Positions 45,931 through 57,270 of a DNA stretch of 64,000 nucleotides are shown piece by piece. The stretch lies in the NCBI RefSeq assembly GCF_009914755.1, contig NC_060929.1, one strand, 5' to 3'. The position numbers and the translations under genes are program-made. Source of the DNA: the human T2T-CHM13v2.0 reference genome, Homo sapiens. The notes under the pieces were generated by a model that was not told where the DNA came from, searched no databases, and saw only the letters and a program-made list of their open reading frames with translations. Within the stretch, counting starts at the first letter, position 1, and each line of letters opens with the position of its first letter.

Positions 45931-46586
45931 TCAATGATAAGGCAGCTGTTTGGGGAGGTAGAGAGCACCATTCCAGGGGAGCCATGGGGAGGAATCTGTG
46001 TGAGACACAGGCTGACCTGGGTGGCCTCTGAGGCCCTTCGGTGAGTTTCTGTGAACCTGACTTTGAGTCTTCTGTGGCTAGTAGGAAAGAAGTGAGACGG
46101 TTTCCTAGTTCTCTCTCTCTTCAAGAGAATAAGGGAAAATTAAGGGGTGCCAGGATGTTTGGAGTGGATGTGGGGACTCCAGGAGGGAAGCAGGCAGCCT
46201 TGTCCAGGGTTGCTTAAGCCCCAGATTCCAGCAAGGGCTCCCTGCCTCTGCAGCCAAGCCGTTTCTGCCTCCTGCGCTGGGCCTGAGCTGAGACCATGAA
46301 GCCGCTAACTGTGTGGGAGGAGAGTGGATCACTGAGGGTCCTGGACACAGAGACCTGGCTGCGGACGTGGGAGGGTCCCGTTTAAGGGAGGCTCCCACAT
46401 AAGCTGGCCCCAGGGTGGAAGGAGGGACCTGGTACTCGGAGAGAAGCAGAAGAGAATGGAGAAACGACCAGAGGAGGTCTGCTCTGGGAGGCGCTGCACA
46501 GGGTAGATACCCACACAGGGGAGGAACCCAGCGCTCCCAGAAACCCTGTACGCGATGCTTTGGGGCTTGGTGGATCAGGCTCTCAC

Positions 46587-46970
46587 CTGTGCGAGCATCC
46601 AGGCGGAACCTGCCTTGCTCGTTCCCGCTGACCACGCGGTAGCCGGTCTTCTCTGCGCCCGGGCGAGTGAGGGTGGCCAGCTGCAGCACCTCCGTGCCAG
46701 GTGGGGCGTCCTCGGGCACCTGCACGCTGTGCTCGGTGTTCAGGAACACGGGCAGGTAGTCTTCTAGGCCCACCACCGAGACTGTGACGGTGCCCAGCGT
46801 GGACAGCGGTATTGGGGTGCCCAGGTCAGAGGCACGGACCGTGAGCTCCAGTGGTGCCTGGGGCCTGACCTGCAGCGGCTTTTCCAGGCGGATCACCCCC
46901 GTGGTGGCGTCGATGGAAAAGTGGCCTTCGGCTGAATCCGGCAGAGAGTAAACCACCTGGGCATTGGCGC
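46587..46970 (-). CDS. FAT2: FAT2 cadherin exon (384 nt)
   Basis: ccctgccag|GC...ACAG|gtgag; [10 protein letters not shown]...GRFRLDART. Confidence 0.95.
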
Positions 46971-47279
46971 CTGGCAGGGAGACCAAGGGTGTGATCCACA
47001 CTGAGGGCGCCTCCTCTGGACCTGCCTGCAGCAAACCCTGCAGCCACAGGAGGGGCTGGGGAGGGGCTCCCATGAAGGCGGACAAGCTGGCTTGGGTATA
47101 TGAAGAGTGAGGGTCTCTCCAGCGGGGTGTCTTGACTGGGGCAGGGAGACCCAAGGCCTCACTAAAATGCTTTTGGGGGAACCTAATCTGCAAATCTATC
47201 AAACTATCCGAAAATATTATGTGGGGATTAGGGTCTAATATCAGTTTATTAATGAAAAATATGCAGATAAAACCACCCA

Positions 47280-47630
47280 TAGAGAGTTCCTTGACTGAGA
47301 TAGAACAGCTCTGTATCTTGATTGTGGTGTTGGTTACAAGAATCTAAACATGGAATAATATTGCATAGAACTAAGTGTGCGTGTACAAACACACACACAC
47401 ACACACACACACGCAAATGAGTGCATACAGAAACTGGTGAAATCTGAGTAGCAAGGCTGTAGTCTAGTTACCAACAATGGACCAATGTCAGTTTTCCAGT
47501 TTTGATATTATCCTACTGCTATGTAAGATGCTCCCATTAGGGAAGCTGCATGAAGAGGGCACACAGTCCCCACCAGTCCTATTTTTGCAACTTCCTATGG
47601 AGTCTATAATTACGTCAACATAAAAAGTTA
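47280..47630 (+). mobile_element. L1M 3' fragment containing (AC)12 at 47389-47412
   Basis: 'ctgtatcttgattgtggtgttggttacaagaatcta...aaactggtgaaatctgagt...tttttgcaacttcctatggagtctataat'. Confidence 0.65.
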
Positions 47631-48386
47631 AGAAAACACCCATGGAAGTTCTTAGTAAATCAAAACACACAGTGTTTCTCCAGCTTTGTCTCCAATTCTG
47701 TTATTTTCTTTGGTTAAGTACCAGATGAAGCAGTTGGCCATAGTGTAGGAAAAACACCAACATTTAAGGCTCGGCTGTGAGGTCCTCCCCCAGTGAGATG
47801 AACACACGCCCTGAGCCTAAGGGTCTCACGTCTCCCACACACGTGGAACACAAACTTCTCTGGTGGAATGGTGACAGGAGTAGCCTCTGAGAAGAGTTGA
47901 ATTTATATCCATTAAATGCACATGCCATGCAACTTCCCCATATTGGCACTTATATGAAGAAACCATAATTTTTCTAGAGACAGAGAGATGCTGGTCAAAC
48001 CACACCTGGATTATTTAGTTGAAATATTTGGGTTGGAATAACCATTTTGGAAAGATTAATGGTAAGTTGATATAAGGCCACTCTAGGAGCTATCTAGGAG
48101 ATCTGTGTGATTGTAGAGGGCAGGACCAGGAATGACAGATGTCCCACTTGATAATGGCCTGAGGAACCATAGAAGGAAGGGGCTGCTTAGGAAGTAGGGA
48201 GCATCCTGTCCCTGGAGGTGTGTAAGCAGTGGCTAATGGAGCACTTACAGAGCCTTGCAGCCATTAGATGGAGACGTAAATAAGATGGCTTATGGGTCAC
48301 TCCAGCTCTGATGTATTCCAGATCTCTCCTATCAAACCCATTTCTGTATCTCAAGCAAGTCTATTCCACTTGCACTTGTTATCTCC

Positions 48387-48387
<1 letters not shown>

Positions 48388-48431
<44 letters not shown>
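48388..48431. repeat. (AC)22 microsatellite
   Basis: Perfect run. Confidence 0.95.
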
Positions 48432-48434
<3 letters not shown>

Positions 48435-49402
48435 TTCCAGGTCCAGCCACCCTGCCTTTGTGTTGACTGTTTGCCCTCCCTAGAACCCCTACATCCCTCG
48501 AATATCTCACCTCCTTCAATGCCAAGCTAAAACTCACTTTCTCTAGGAAATCTTAATTTTACCCTGCTGGTGTCAAACAGAGCAGGGTGTTTTGATCCCA
48601 CTTTTATCATCATCATTTTCCTGTGTTGACCTGGCTATTCTGATGCTGAGAGCATTTTTTTTACCCTATCTGAATTATAAAATTTGACTCAGGAAAATTG
48701 GACAGGTTATATACATATATATATACATACACACATACATATATATATGTGATATATATATATCACATTAATGAGTTATATATATGTATGTATACATGCA
48801 GGTATGTATATACAATCAGAATAGAACACTTTGTGGTAGCATAAGCTATAATTGGTACAATATGGAACAAATATGTTTGAATGAATGCAATTTACCTTGT
48901 AAATTTTAAAAGAAAAAGAATTAACTCCAATGAAAATATGGAGTTAAAATGTAAAATATTGAAAAGGGTTCAACTTCACTCTTCAGAAAATTGATCAAGG
49001 AATTTAATGGGCTTACTGGGGTTGGTACCCAAAATTCCTTTCTTGAGGCAAATCAATCAGAATTGAAGAAGTCTGATTGGTATATTTCTGATTAAATGTT
49101 TGTACTTAAAAATGCCTTTGTGGTTAAATGGCAGTATTGAAAAGTCCCCAGGTCTAAGTGGAAGGGGAGAAACAATAAGGCTGAAATACCTTTTTCCTGC
49201 TTCAAAACATTGCTAAAATCATTTGTCATATAGCACTTAGGTGTGCAGTTTGAGGATAAATACTTTTTACTTTTAAGTGTCCCCAGACTCAACAAGGAGG
49301 CACCGCCCTTACCAGTCCTAGAGAGACACAAAGGGGACCAAACCCTTGCCCAAGGTGACCCAGGAGATCATTGGAAATGGCCTCAATCCTTCTCAGACTC
49401 AC

Positions 49403-49636
49403 CTTGGTCGGGATCCCGGGCAAATACTACAGCCACAGGGGTCTTCACTGTGGTGTTGTCGAAGACAGCCACAGCACAGTGGCTGGGGAAGAACCGCGGG
49501 GCATTGTCATTCACATCCTCCACATGGAGGGTGATGTCTGCCTGGCACGATCGGCCACCTCCATCCGTCGCCTTGGCAACAAGGTTGAACACATCCTTCC
49601 TTTCTCGGTCTAGGGCAGTGAGTGTGGTCAGCTCCC
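49403..49636 (-). CDS. FAT2: FAT2 cadherin exon (234 nt)
   Basis: ccgaccag|GG...CAAG|gtgagt; [12 protein letters not shown]...DVNDNAPRF...ARDPDQ. Confidence 0.95.
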
Positions 49637-49961
49637 CTGGTCGGAGAAATGACAAAAGTTGAGCTTTCTCTGGGGAAATATTACCCAAGCATGTGCCCTC
49701 TATATATCTACAGGAGACAAACCCAGCCACACAGAGTTTTGTTCACAGCAAGGAGGGGTCAATACAGTCAGGAAAGCAGCTAAGCCTGTATCCCCCCATA
49801 CCCATTCTCCTCCCTGATTCTCCCAAACACACTTCATCACATTGCCAGTTTAAGATCATCATCAACAAGCTAAAAATAGGTATATTCTTAATGGCCAATT
49901 AGGCAATTTCTAACAATATATAAAATGCATTTATCCTTTGGTTCGTAATTCCACTTCTAGG

Positions 49962-49964
<3 letters not shown>

Positions 49965-49992
<28 letters not shown>
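49965..49992. repeat. (AT)14 microsatellite within an L1ME-like fragment
   Basis: Perfect run. Confidence 0.9.
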
Positions 49993-49996
<4 letters not shown>

Positions 49997-50154
49997 ACAT
50001 TTTCTATAGAAAAATCAACCCAAAGATAAAAATCTATGTATAAGGATATTCTCTGCAGCACTGTTTATAATAGCAACTATTGAAATCATCCTATATGTCT
50101 TTCAAAAAGGGACTGGTTAAGTATATTATGATTTAGCCACACAGTAAAACACCA

Positions 50155-50956
50155 TGTGTGGTGTTATAAGTGTATCTTGGTTTTCATGCATGGCTCCTGC
50201 CCGTAACTCCCACAGCCCTTGTTACACACTCTTTTGTTATAATGTTGGGTGTGTTATGTTAGGCCTCAGGAAGCACAATCTCTTTGACCTTCTCCTGCTC
50301 TCCTTTCACCTGCCCCAAAGCAAGATTCCCATCTTTCCCCCCTTTTCTAATTGTGGGTTTTAAGACCCTCCCCAGAGAGTCTCCTGCCTTATACCCTGGG
50401 GGAAATAATGCTGACATCATGAGGCTCCCATAACAACCCAAGATGACTGGGTTCCGAGAGCTTCCATATAGCTGAACACAGGGCGGTTCCTGGAGGGTGG
50501 TGCGCCCAGGGAGGACATGGGAGCCCCTTTCCTCATGCCTCGCCCTACACCTCTCTTCACCTGTATCCTTTGCAGTATCCTTTATAATAAACCAGTAAAC
50601 ACAAGTGTTTTTCTGAGTTCTGTGAGCTGTCCCAACAAATTAATCGAACCCAAAGAAGGAGTCGTGGGAGCCCCAACTTGAAGCTGGTTGGTCAGACATT
50701 CTGGAGGCCTGGACTTGCAACTGGTGTCTGGGTAAGGGGGTAGAGTCTTGTGGACAGAGCCCTAAACCCATGGGATCTGACACTATCTCCAGGTAGATAG
50801 TGTTGGAATTGAATTAGAGGACACCTGAGGGGTCTCCGCTGCTTGTTGTATGGGGAAAACCCACACACATTTGGTCACAGAAGTCTTCTTTGCTGATGAT
50901 TGGTGTGGTGTGAGAGCAGAGGAAAAACCTGGTTTGAGAGAGGTTTTTCCGAAACA
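50155..50956 (+). mobile_element. Solo LTR (MER21-like) inserted in an old L1
   Basis: ~800 bp, TG...CA, with 'tcctttataataaaccagtaaac...ttctgagttctgtgagc...gatctgacactatctccaggtagatagtg'. Confidence 0.75.
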
Positions 50957-52127
50957 CCATATAACCAAAAATGAATTATGATAGAGCTTTGAGATACTGC
51001 TGAGTGAAGAAAAGCAAGTTACAAATAGTATTCTACTTTCATGAAGTAATTATATAGAGATTTTGGAGATGCATGGAAAACCAGTCAGATAGAATATATA
51101 CCAAGAGTCCTTATCTGTGGAGGAAGGGGTTATCATGCAGATGTTCCAGTTTCTGCATAATACATACCTACATTGCTTCAATTTTATACCATGAACATGT
51201 ATTATTTCCATATTCAGAAAAAAAAACGCCATTTTTTAAAGTCCTTACTGATCATCCTGAAGCTGAACAAAGAGCAGCAGAGAGAGGTTAAATAACCTGC
51301 CTGGGTCCCTCTGCCTGTCCCTGCTGGGGTTAGGAAGGACAGCATTGTCCCCTATCTACCCAGACAGCTTCCTGCGACACCCTTCTCCCCTGCCACCCCC
51401 TGCTCAGGTATCTCCAAGTCATCCTGTGAGCTACTGGGCCCAAGCCAAATGTCAGCAGCTGGCCCTTGTGACCTGGGCCTTCTGTGCTGCCCATCTCCAC
51501 ACCCTCCCCTGCAGCAGCAGGGCAGGAATCCCTCCTAGGTGGGCTGCTCTTCCAAAGGAAGTCCACTCCACCAGACTCTCACAGCCCAGCCTCTCCTGGC
51601 TACTCCTGGCCTACCCTGCAGGAATCTCTGCTTCCCACTCTGCTCTATCTCTTGGCTAGTAACAATGATAATGGCAACCCATCCACTGAGCCAGACCTGG
51701 GCTAGGCTTCCATATGCTTTCTCACCTGTGTTATAACAATTCTATGAGGTGTTATCCCTGGTTTGCAGCATAGATACCTTGAGATCATGTTCTTGGCCAT
51801 GACACTCACCTGCCTAAATCCTCCAGTGGCTCTAAAGGTGGGATTTGGCTCTGCCCACCCTGGGGCCTCATTCTTTGTCCTCTCTCCTCCCTCTCTGGGC
51901 ACCAGTTTCTGGCCTTCTGTCAGGTCCTCAGTGTGTGTACTATTTCCCCAAAGAAGGTCTTTGTATAAATTCTCCTGCCTTGAGTGCCCTTTCCCCCACT
52001 CTCTTACCCCTGGCTAACACTTCTGTGTCCACAAGTCTCACATAAAGTGGCATTTCCTCAGTGATCTTTTACTTAAGATCCTCCGTAGCCAAAGTCAAGT
52101 TCTGCTGTCAAATATTCCCATAGCTAG

Positions 52128-52460
52128 CAAAAAGACAGAAAGACAGAAAGAAAAAGAGGGAGAGAAATACAGAAAGAAAGAAGAGAGAGAGAGAGAAAGA
52201 AGAAGAGGAAGAAGAAGAGGAGGAGGAGGAAGAAGAAGAAAAAGGAGAATAATAAGAAGACGATGGTGGTGGTGGAGGAGGAGGAGGAGGAGGGAGAGAG
52301 GGAAGAAAAAGAAAGAGAAAAAAAGAAAGAAAAGAAAAGAAAAAAGAAGGAAGGAAGGAAAGAAACAACGAACAATGAAAGGAAAGGAAAGGGAGAAAGG
52401 AAAAGGAAAAAAGGAAAGGAGAGGAAAGGAGAGGGGAGGGGAGGGAAGGAAAGGAGAAAC
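52128..52460. repeat. ~330-bp polypurine/polypyrimidine tract (GA, GAA, GGA and GGAA repeats)
   Basis: Almost pure A/G on the + strand. Confidence 0.95.
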
Positions 52461-52778
52461 CAAGATGTCAGCTGTGCTAAAATAAATTTTAAAAGAATAA
52501 AATAAATCCCCTTAGCATTCTGCACTTTTTCTTAATTTAGCACATTTAAAACCACTGATTCAATGACCCCCTTTCCCACTAGATTATAAAGGCCCAAATC
52601 TTGTCTTATCAATCTATTTATTATGTCCCCAGTACAATGCTTGGCACATAGGGCCAATATATGTTTGCTGATAGATGAGTGAATTCCTGTTTCTTCTCCA
52701 AGGAGAATACCATGGCACTGGGCACTTGGTATTCAGTAAAGAAGTTCTTGTTTTGATCCTGCAGCTCAGGAAACCCAC

Positions 52779-52932
52779 CTGTATGAGGATCCAGCTTGAA
52801 TTCATGCGCCCCAGGGCCATGCAGAGAATATGTGATCTGAGCATTGGTATCAGTGTCCAAGTCTGTGGCAGAAACCTTCAAAATGAAGTGTCCTGGAAAT
52901 ACATCTTCATGAACCTTGCCAGTATAGAGAAG
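52779..52932 (-). CDS. FAT2: FAT2 cadherin exon (154 nt)
   Basis: catctctag|CTT...ACAG|gtggg; [26 protein letters not shown]...KLDPHT. Confidence 0.94.
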
Positions 52933-52935
52933 CTA

Positions 52936-53220
52936 GAGATGGAAAGACAAAGAAGAGGGAGACTGTGGGGACTGCATTCAGATCCAGAGAGAAGCAGAGT
53001 GACTGACTGAGGGAGGCAGAAGCAGAAAGAGAGACACTAAGAGGGCAGAGACGAAGAGAGACAGAAAAAAGAACAGAGACAGAGAGAGAGAAAGAGAAGC
53101 AGAGAGAGGGAGGGAGGGGAACAGAGGAGGTAGAATAAGATGAAACATGCAAGGAAAACTGAGGTTTAAAACAGGAAGAGGATGACAAGAGAACGAGTCA
53201 GAAAAGAGAGAATGGAGAAG
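52936..53220. repeat. GA-rich (CU-rich on the FAT2 sense strand) low-complexity tract
   Basis: Degenerate (GA)n/(GACA)n runs directly upstream of the acceptor. Confidence 0.85.
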
Positions 53221-53654
53221 CTCTGTCATCCAAAAGCCCACAGGCAGGGCTAGAAGGGACTGCTACAATTTCTTCCACCCAGTCCTTTGAGGCTTTTGGA
53301 GAAGGAAGGCAAGATGGGCCTGATATAGGCATTCTGGAAGGTGTCAGGTCAACCTCCCCTGCCTCTGTGGCGAGGCCATGCTATTAAGCTCATCTCCCTG
53401 ACCGTATCCCCAGGACAGACCCTTGACCTTTGAGTCAGGTCTGGACTCCAGTGGCCCCATCGCTTGGCCCACCCTCCCTTTGCTGCAGGTACCATCATGG
53501 CATCTGAGGGAGTGGCAGAGGGGAAAGGCTGGAGCTCCCTGAGAATTCAATTTTTCTTCAGTGGCTGGCAGTGAGCCAGCCTCCAAGCATCATGGTTTCC
53601 ACCACTGTTGAGTGTGGGCAAGCATGGACCCCTACATGCCCTGGATGGAAGCTT

Positions 53655-53953
53655 TATTTATTTTCTTGTTTTCTCTTTTTTGAGACAGAGTCTCACTCTG
53701 TTGCCCAGGCTTGAGTGCAGTGGCACGATCTTGGCTCACTGCAACCTCCTCCTCCCAAATTCAAACCATCTCCTGCCTCAGCCTCCTAGGTAGCTGGGAG
53801 TACAGGTGCGTGCCACCACACCTGGCTAATTTTTTTTTTTTTTGTATTTTTAGTAGAGACGGGGTTTCACCATGTTGGCCAGGCTGGTCTCGAACCCCTG
53901 ACATCAGGTGATCCGCCTGCCTCGGCCTCCCAAAGTGCTTGGATTACAGACGT
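53655..53953 (-). mobile_element. Alu (S-type)
   Basis: Antisense dimer; 'ggatggaag' repeated on the flanks. Confidence 0.92.
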
Positions 53954-54289
53954 GGATGGAAGTTTTATGTGTGGAGATGGTTCCCCAGGCCTCTTTTTTC
54001 TGTTCTAGTGATGCTGTGAACCATCTCCGGGAGGGCCAGGGTGAGCCTGATCTCAGCCTCTCCAAGCATGGGGAGGACAGAAGTTGGTTGTAATGATGGC
54101 TGAGGGAAAAGAGAAGGAAGGTGACCACCATTCTCCCCAAAAAAGCCTCCCTTCTGAGACTACCCCAAATATGGTCATCTTGGATCCTGAAAAGACATTT
54201 TGCATGCATACCAATAACCAGACTCTCTTTTTCTACAGTGCTTTTATGTGACTGGCATGTAGAAGAGTGGAGGAAGAAAAGGTGAGGAG

Positions 54290-54580
54290 ATATATGTATT
54301 TATGTGTGTTGCAAGGTATGTGTCTATACATTCATATGTGTGTGCAAGCAAGTCGAAGTTTGTATATATGCAAATGCATATGTAAGTATGTTCATGTGAA
54401 TTTGTTACGTATAGTTGCATGTGTGGGTGAGTATATGGTTGATTGTGCTAGGTATATAGGTATATGCTTATATGTTTATGTGTATATATGCATAGGTATT
54501 TGCCTGTGTGTATAGGGTTGTAGATGATCCTTTGTGTATATGTGTGGGTATGTATAACTGTGCATTTTTATATATATACT
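54290..54580. repeat. Degenerate (TG/TA)n low-complexity tract
   Basis: tatgtgtgt/gtatatatg-type units. Confidence 0.8.
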
Positions 54581-55331
54581 GAATGGCTGGATTATGATAA
54601 TTTGAGATGTTATAAAATTAAAATGTTAGCAGTTTAACTTTATCTATAAACTTTGAAAGAATGTAAATCCTCCCAAAGTTAAAAACTACTTACTGTGTTT
54701 TAAAAAATATGTTTAAAAGCAAAGCTCCATGACAGCAATTGTTGGTTTATGCCTCTAGGAACACAGCTCCTCTCCTGACAAACACACATACACACCCCAC
54801 TCAACATTTGTTCCTGCTGGAAATTTAGAGTTGAATTACATGAGATCCTTAGGAAAGTATCCCTCACCAAATGAAATTGCCCTGTCTCGTGTTTGTGTCT
54901 CTGTACAAGTGAAGAAGGGCATCTCAGTGGACTAAATTACCCCAGCAGATGTGAGGAGGTGCATATATGGGCATGGGGTGAGGGGTTTGTCTGGGGTCAG
55001 GTCTCTGTTGGTGTATTTGATAATAGTGAGCCATGTCAACAAGTTGAGCAGTGCCAGGGGTTTGCCCATTGGGCATGGCTGGCTGTATTTGGAGAATGCT
55101 TATGTTACTTTCCTTCTGGATATGTTCTGCAGAGAAATAGACCTTTGTTGGGAATGTAGGGGGAGAGATGTGGGCCATGAGTCTTGAACAGCTTGGTATA
55201 TCCCTATGGGGGCCAAGGAATTACCTAGAATGGTCCCTGCCCCTGGGAGCTAGTCTGAGGCTTGCTGGGGAGAAGCAAGAGAGGTGAGGTCAGTGATGGC
55301 CAGCCTCAGAGATGGGTCCCTCGGTCCTCCT

Positions 55332-55505
55332 TTCTCCTGCCCCTCACTCTCTGTTCTCCTGCCCCTCAATCTCCCTTCTCCTGCCCCTCACTCTCTGTTC
55401 TCCTGCCCCTCAATCTCCCTTCTCCTGCCCCTCACTCTCTGTTCTCCTGCCCCTCAATCTCCCTTCTCCTGCTCCTCACTCTCTGTTCTCCCACCCCTCA
55501 CTCTT
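55332..55505. repeat. Minisatellite: alternating 22-bp monomers forming a 44-bp unit, ~4 copies
   Basis: A=ttctcctgcccctcactctctg, B=ttctcctgcccctcaatctccc; order ABABAB, then two diverged monomers. Confidence 0.92.
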
Positions 55506-55552
55506 ATCTTCCTTGCCTTCACTACCCACTCCACCCCTCGCCAGGCTCTCAC

Positions 55553-55749
55553 CTGTGAACACTGTGGGCTGTTATCATTGACGTCCAGGACAAAGATCTC
55601 CACAGTGACCGAAGCCTGGAACTTGCCATCAGATGCTGTGACTCTGAGCAAGTACTTGGCTGTATGCTCGCGGTCCAGGGTCTTCCTTGAGGAAATCCTC
55701 CACTCATCTCCAACTTGGCTGATGCCAAACTGGCCCAGGGGGTCTCCCT
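55553..55749 (-). CDS. FAT2: FAT2 cadherin exon (197 nt)
   Basis: ctgtttag|AG...CAG|gtgag; [28 protein letters not shown]...[11 protein letters not shown]. Confidence 0.95.
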
Positions 55750-57270
55750 CTAAACAGATGGGGCAGAGCTTTCAGAAGCCAAGCAATAGGAATGAACTAG
55801 GCTTTGTGTCACAGGTGGCTGCCCATTGGATGCATTTTTTAGAATTGTTGGGAAAGCAAACATTTCCTTCCTTAACTAGGAACCCACGATTCTACACTGA
55901 GTCCACTTTTTGGTGTTATGAAGCTACTTCTACTTCAAATGCCTCCTGTTGAATGAAATTGTCAATGCAAGAAGCATCACTTCAAAATATATGGCTGAAG
56001 GCAGGGTTTTTTGTTTTGTGGCCCAGAAGGCATGGGAGGAAGTTAAAGGGAAACAAATTTCAATTCTATATAAATGTCTAAGATGCATAGCTATACAACA
56101 GTGGAGAGATAGGAAGCAATCAAAAACACTAAACACTCCAAGGTTTTATTTTATAACTAAGGACCCACCCTAAGTGGAGGTTCTGTAGGAGCACTAGGGT
56201 TTGCTTGTAAGTCATCTTTCTTTCCTTGACACTAATCACTGACAAGAATGTGGGAATATGGATTTCTCACTCTGAGATCCTAAGATTCCAGAGTTCTAAG
56301 ATCCAACTACTCCAAGAATTGATAACATGTTGACATTTATTACTCTATTATCCTGAGATTTTAAGACTTCTGTGTTTTTAGGAGTCTGATATTTTAAGAT
56401 GATAAGATTCTGTTTTTCTACAACTCTGTATTTCAAACAGCTTTGATCCTATGTCTTCGGGAGTCTGTGGTTCTTGGTTGGAATTTCAGGCTCATGGGCT
56501 TTTCACTGGACAGCTGTGATAGCAGAAGGAGCCATGTTCATGGGAATGGGGGGACATGGCACCTGGGGATGAGAAAAAAAGGCCACAGGAGTGAAGAAAC
56601 TCTCTCATGGCCACTGGTTAGCTGGCTTAGCCACTGGATTGGGGATAGGGTAATTTAGTTTTACAGTAGGTATCCACTAATGAAAGCAGCTTATAGGGTA
56701 GGGTTTTAATCCCAGCCCTGAAGCAAGCACAAGAGTGTGACCTTGGTTGAACTTCTCCATCTGGGCCTTGGTTTCCACATACGTGAAATGAAGGAATTAT
56801 ATCTAAGGAAGTGCTGTCATTCTTACACTTAGGACCTGTGATTGACTAAGAAGCATTTTCTATCATTCACAACTTTACCTGGGTAGGACACTCTCCATAA
56901 AGACAGTCGCTTGACAGAATTTTCAAGGATCATGCAACATTCTTGGTGCCTCCTCCATCTTTCAAAAGACAACTGACAGCAGTTAGAGTATGACTCATGT
57001 AAAATAATGAGACATACTTTTTGCAAAGCACTTTCTAATGTATAGGTGCTTTCTAGAAATTACAGATCTTACCAGCATGCCTGTGAGGTGAATGAGAACA
57101 TGCATGCCAAGTCTATAGGTGGAGAAACTGAGGTCCTAGGGGGTTAAGTGTGCCCAAGGTCACACTGCTAATAAGTGGCAAATCCAGGACATGAACCCAT
57201 TTTAGGGCACCTCTTCCTGGATGTTTTTCAATACATTCCAGAGCCTGCAGTCCATGACAGGTGTTCTTAC

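Noticed and set aside
46105-47280. 391-aa ORF as an independent gene
   Set aside because: Its core is the 384-nt FAT2 exon; the flanks are stop-free intron with no recognisable protein features
48747-48768. 22-bp palindrome ATGTGATATATATATATCACAT
   Set aside because: Lies in a TA-rich microsatellite where self-complementarity is expected
52095-52525. Phe/Ser/Leu-rich and Lys/Glu-rich ORFs
   Set aside because: Translations of the polypurine low-complexity tract
55332-55505. CRISPR-like regularly spaced repeats
   Set aside because: No unique spacers; this is a eukaryotic minisatellite
55262-55952. 222-aa and related + strand ORFs with repeated peptides
   Set aside because: Produced by the stop-free minisatellite plus antisense reading of a FAT2 exon
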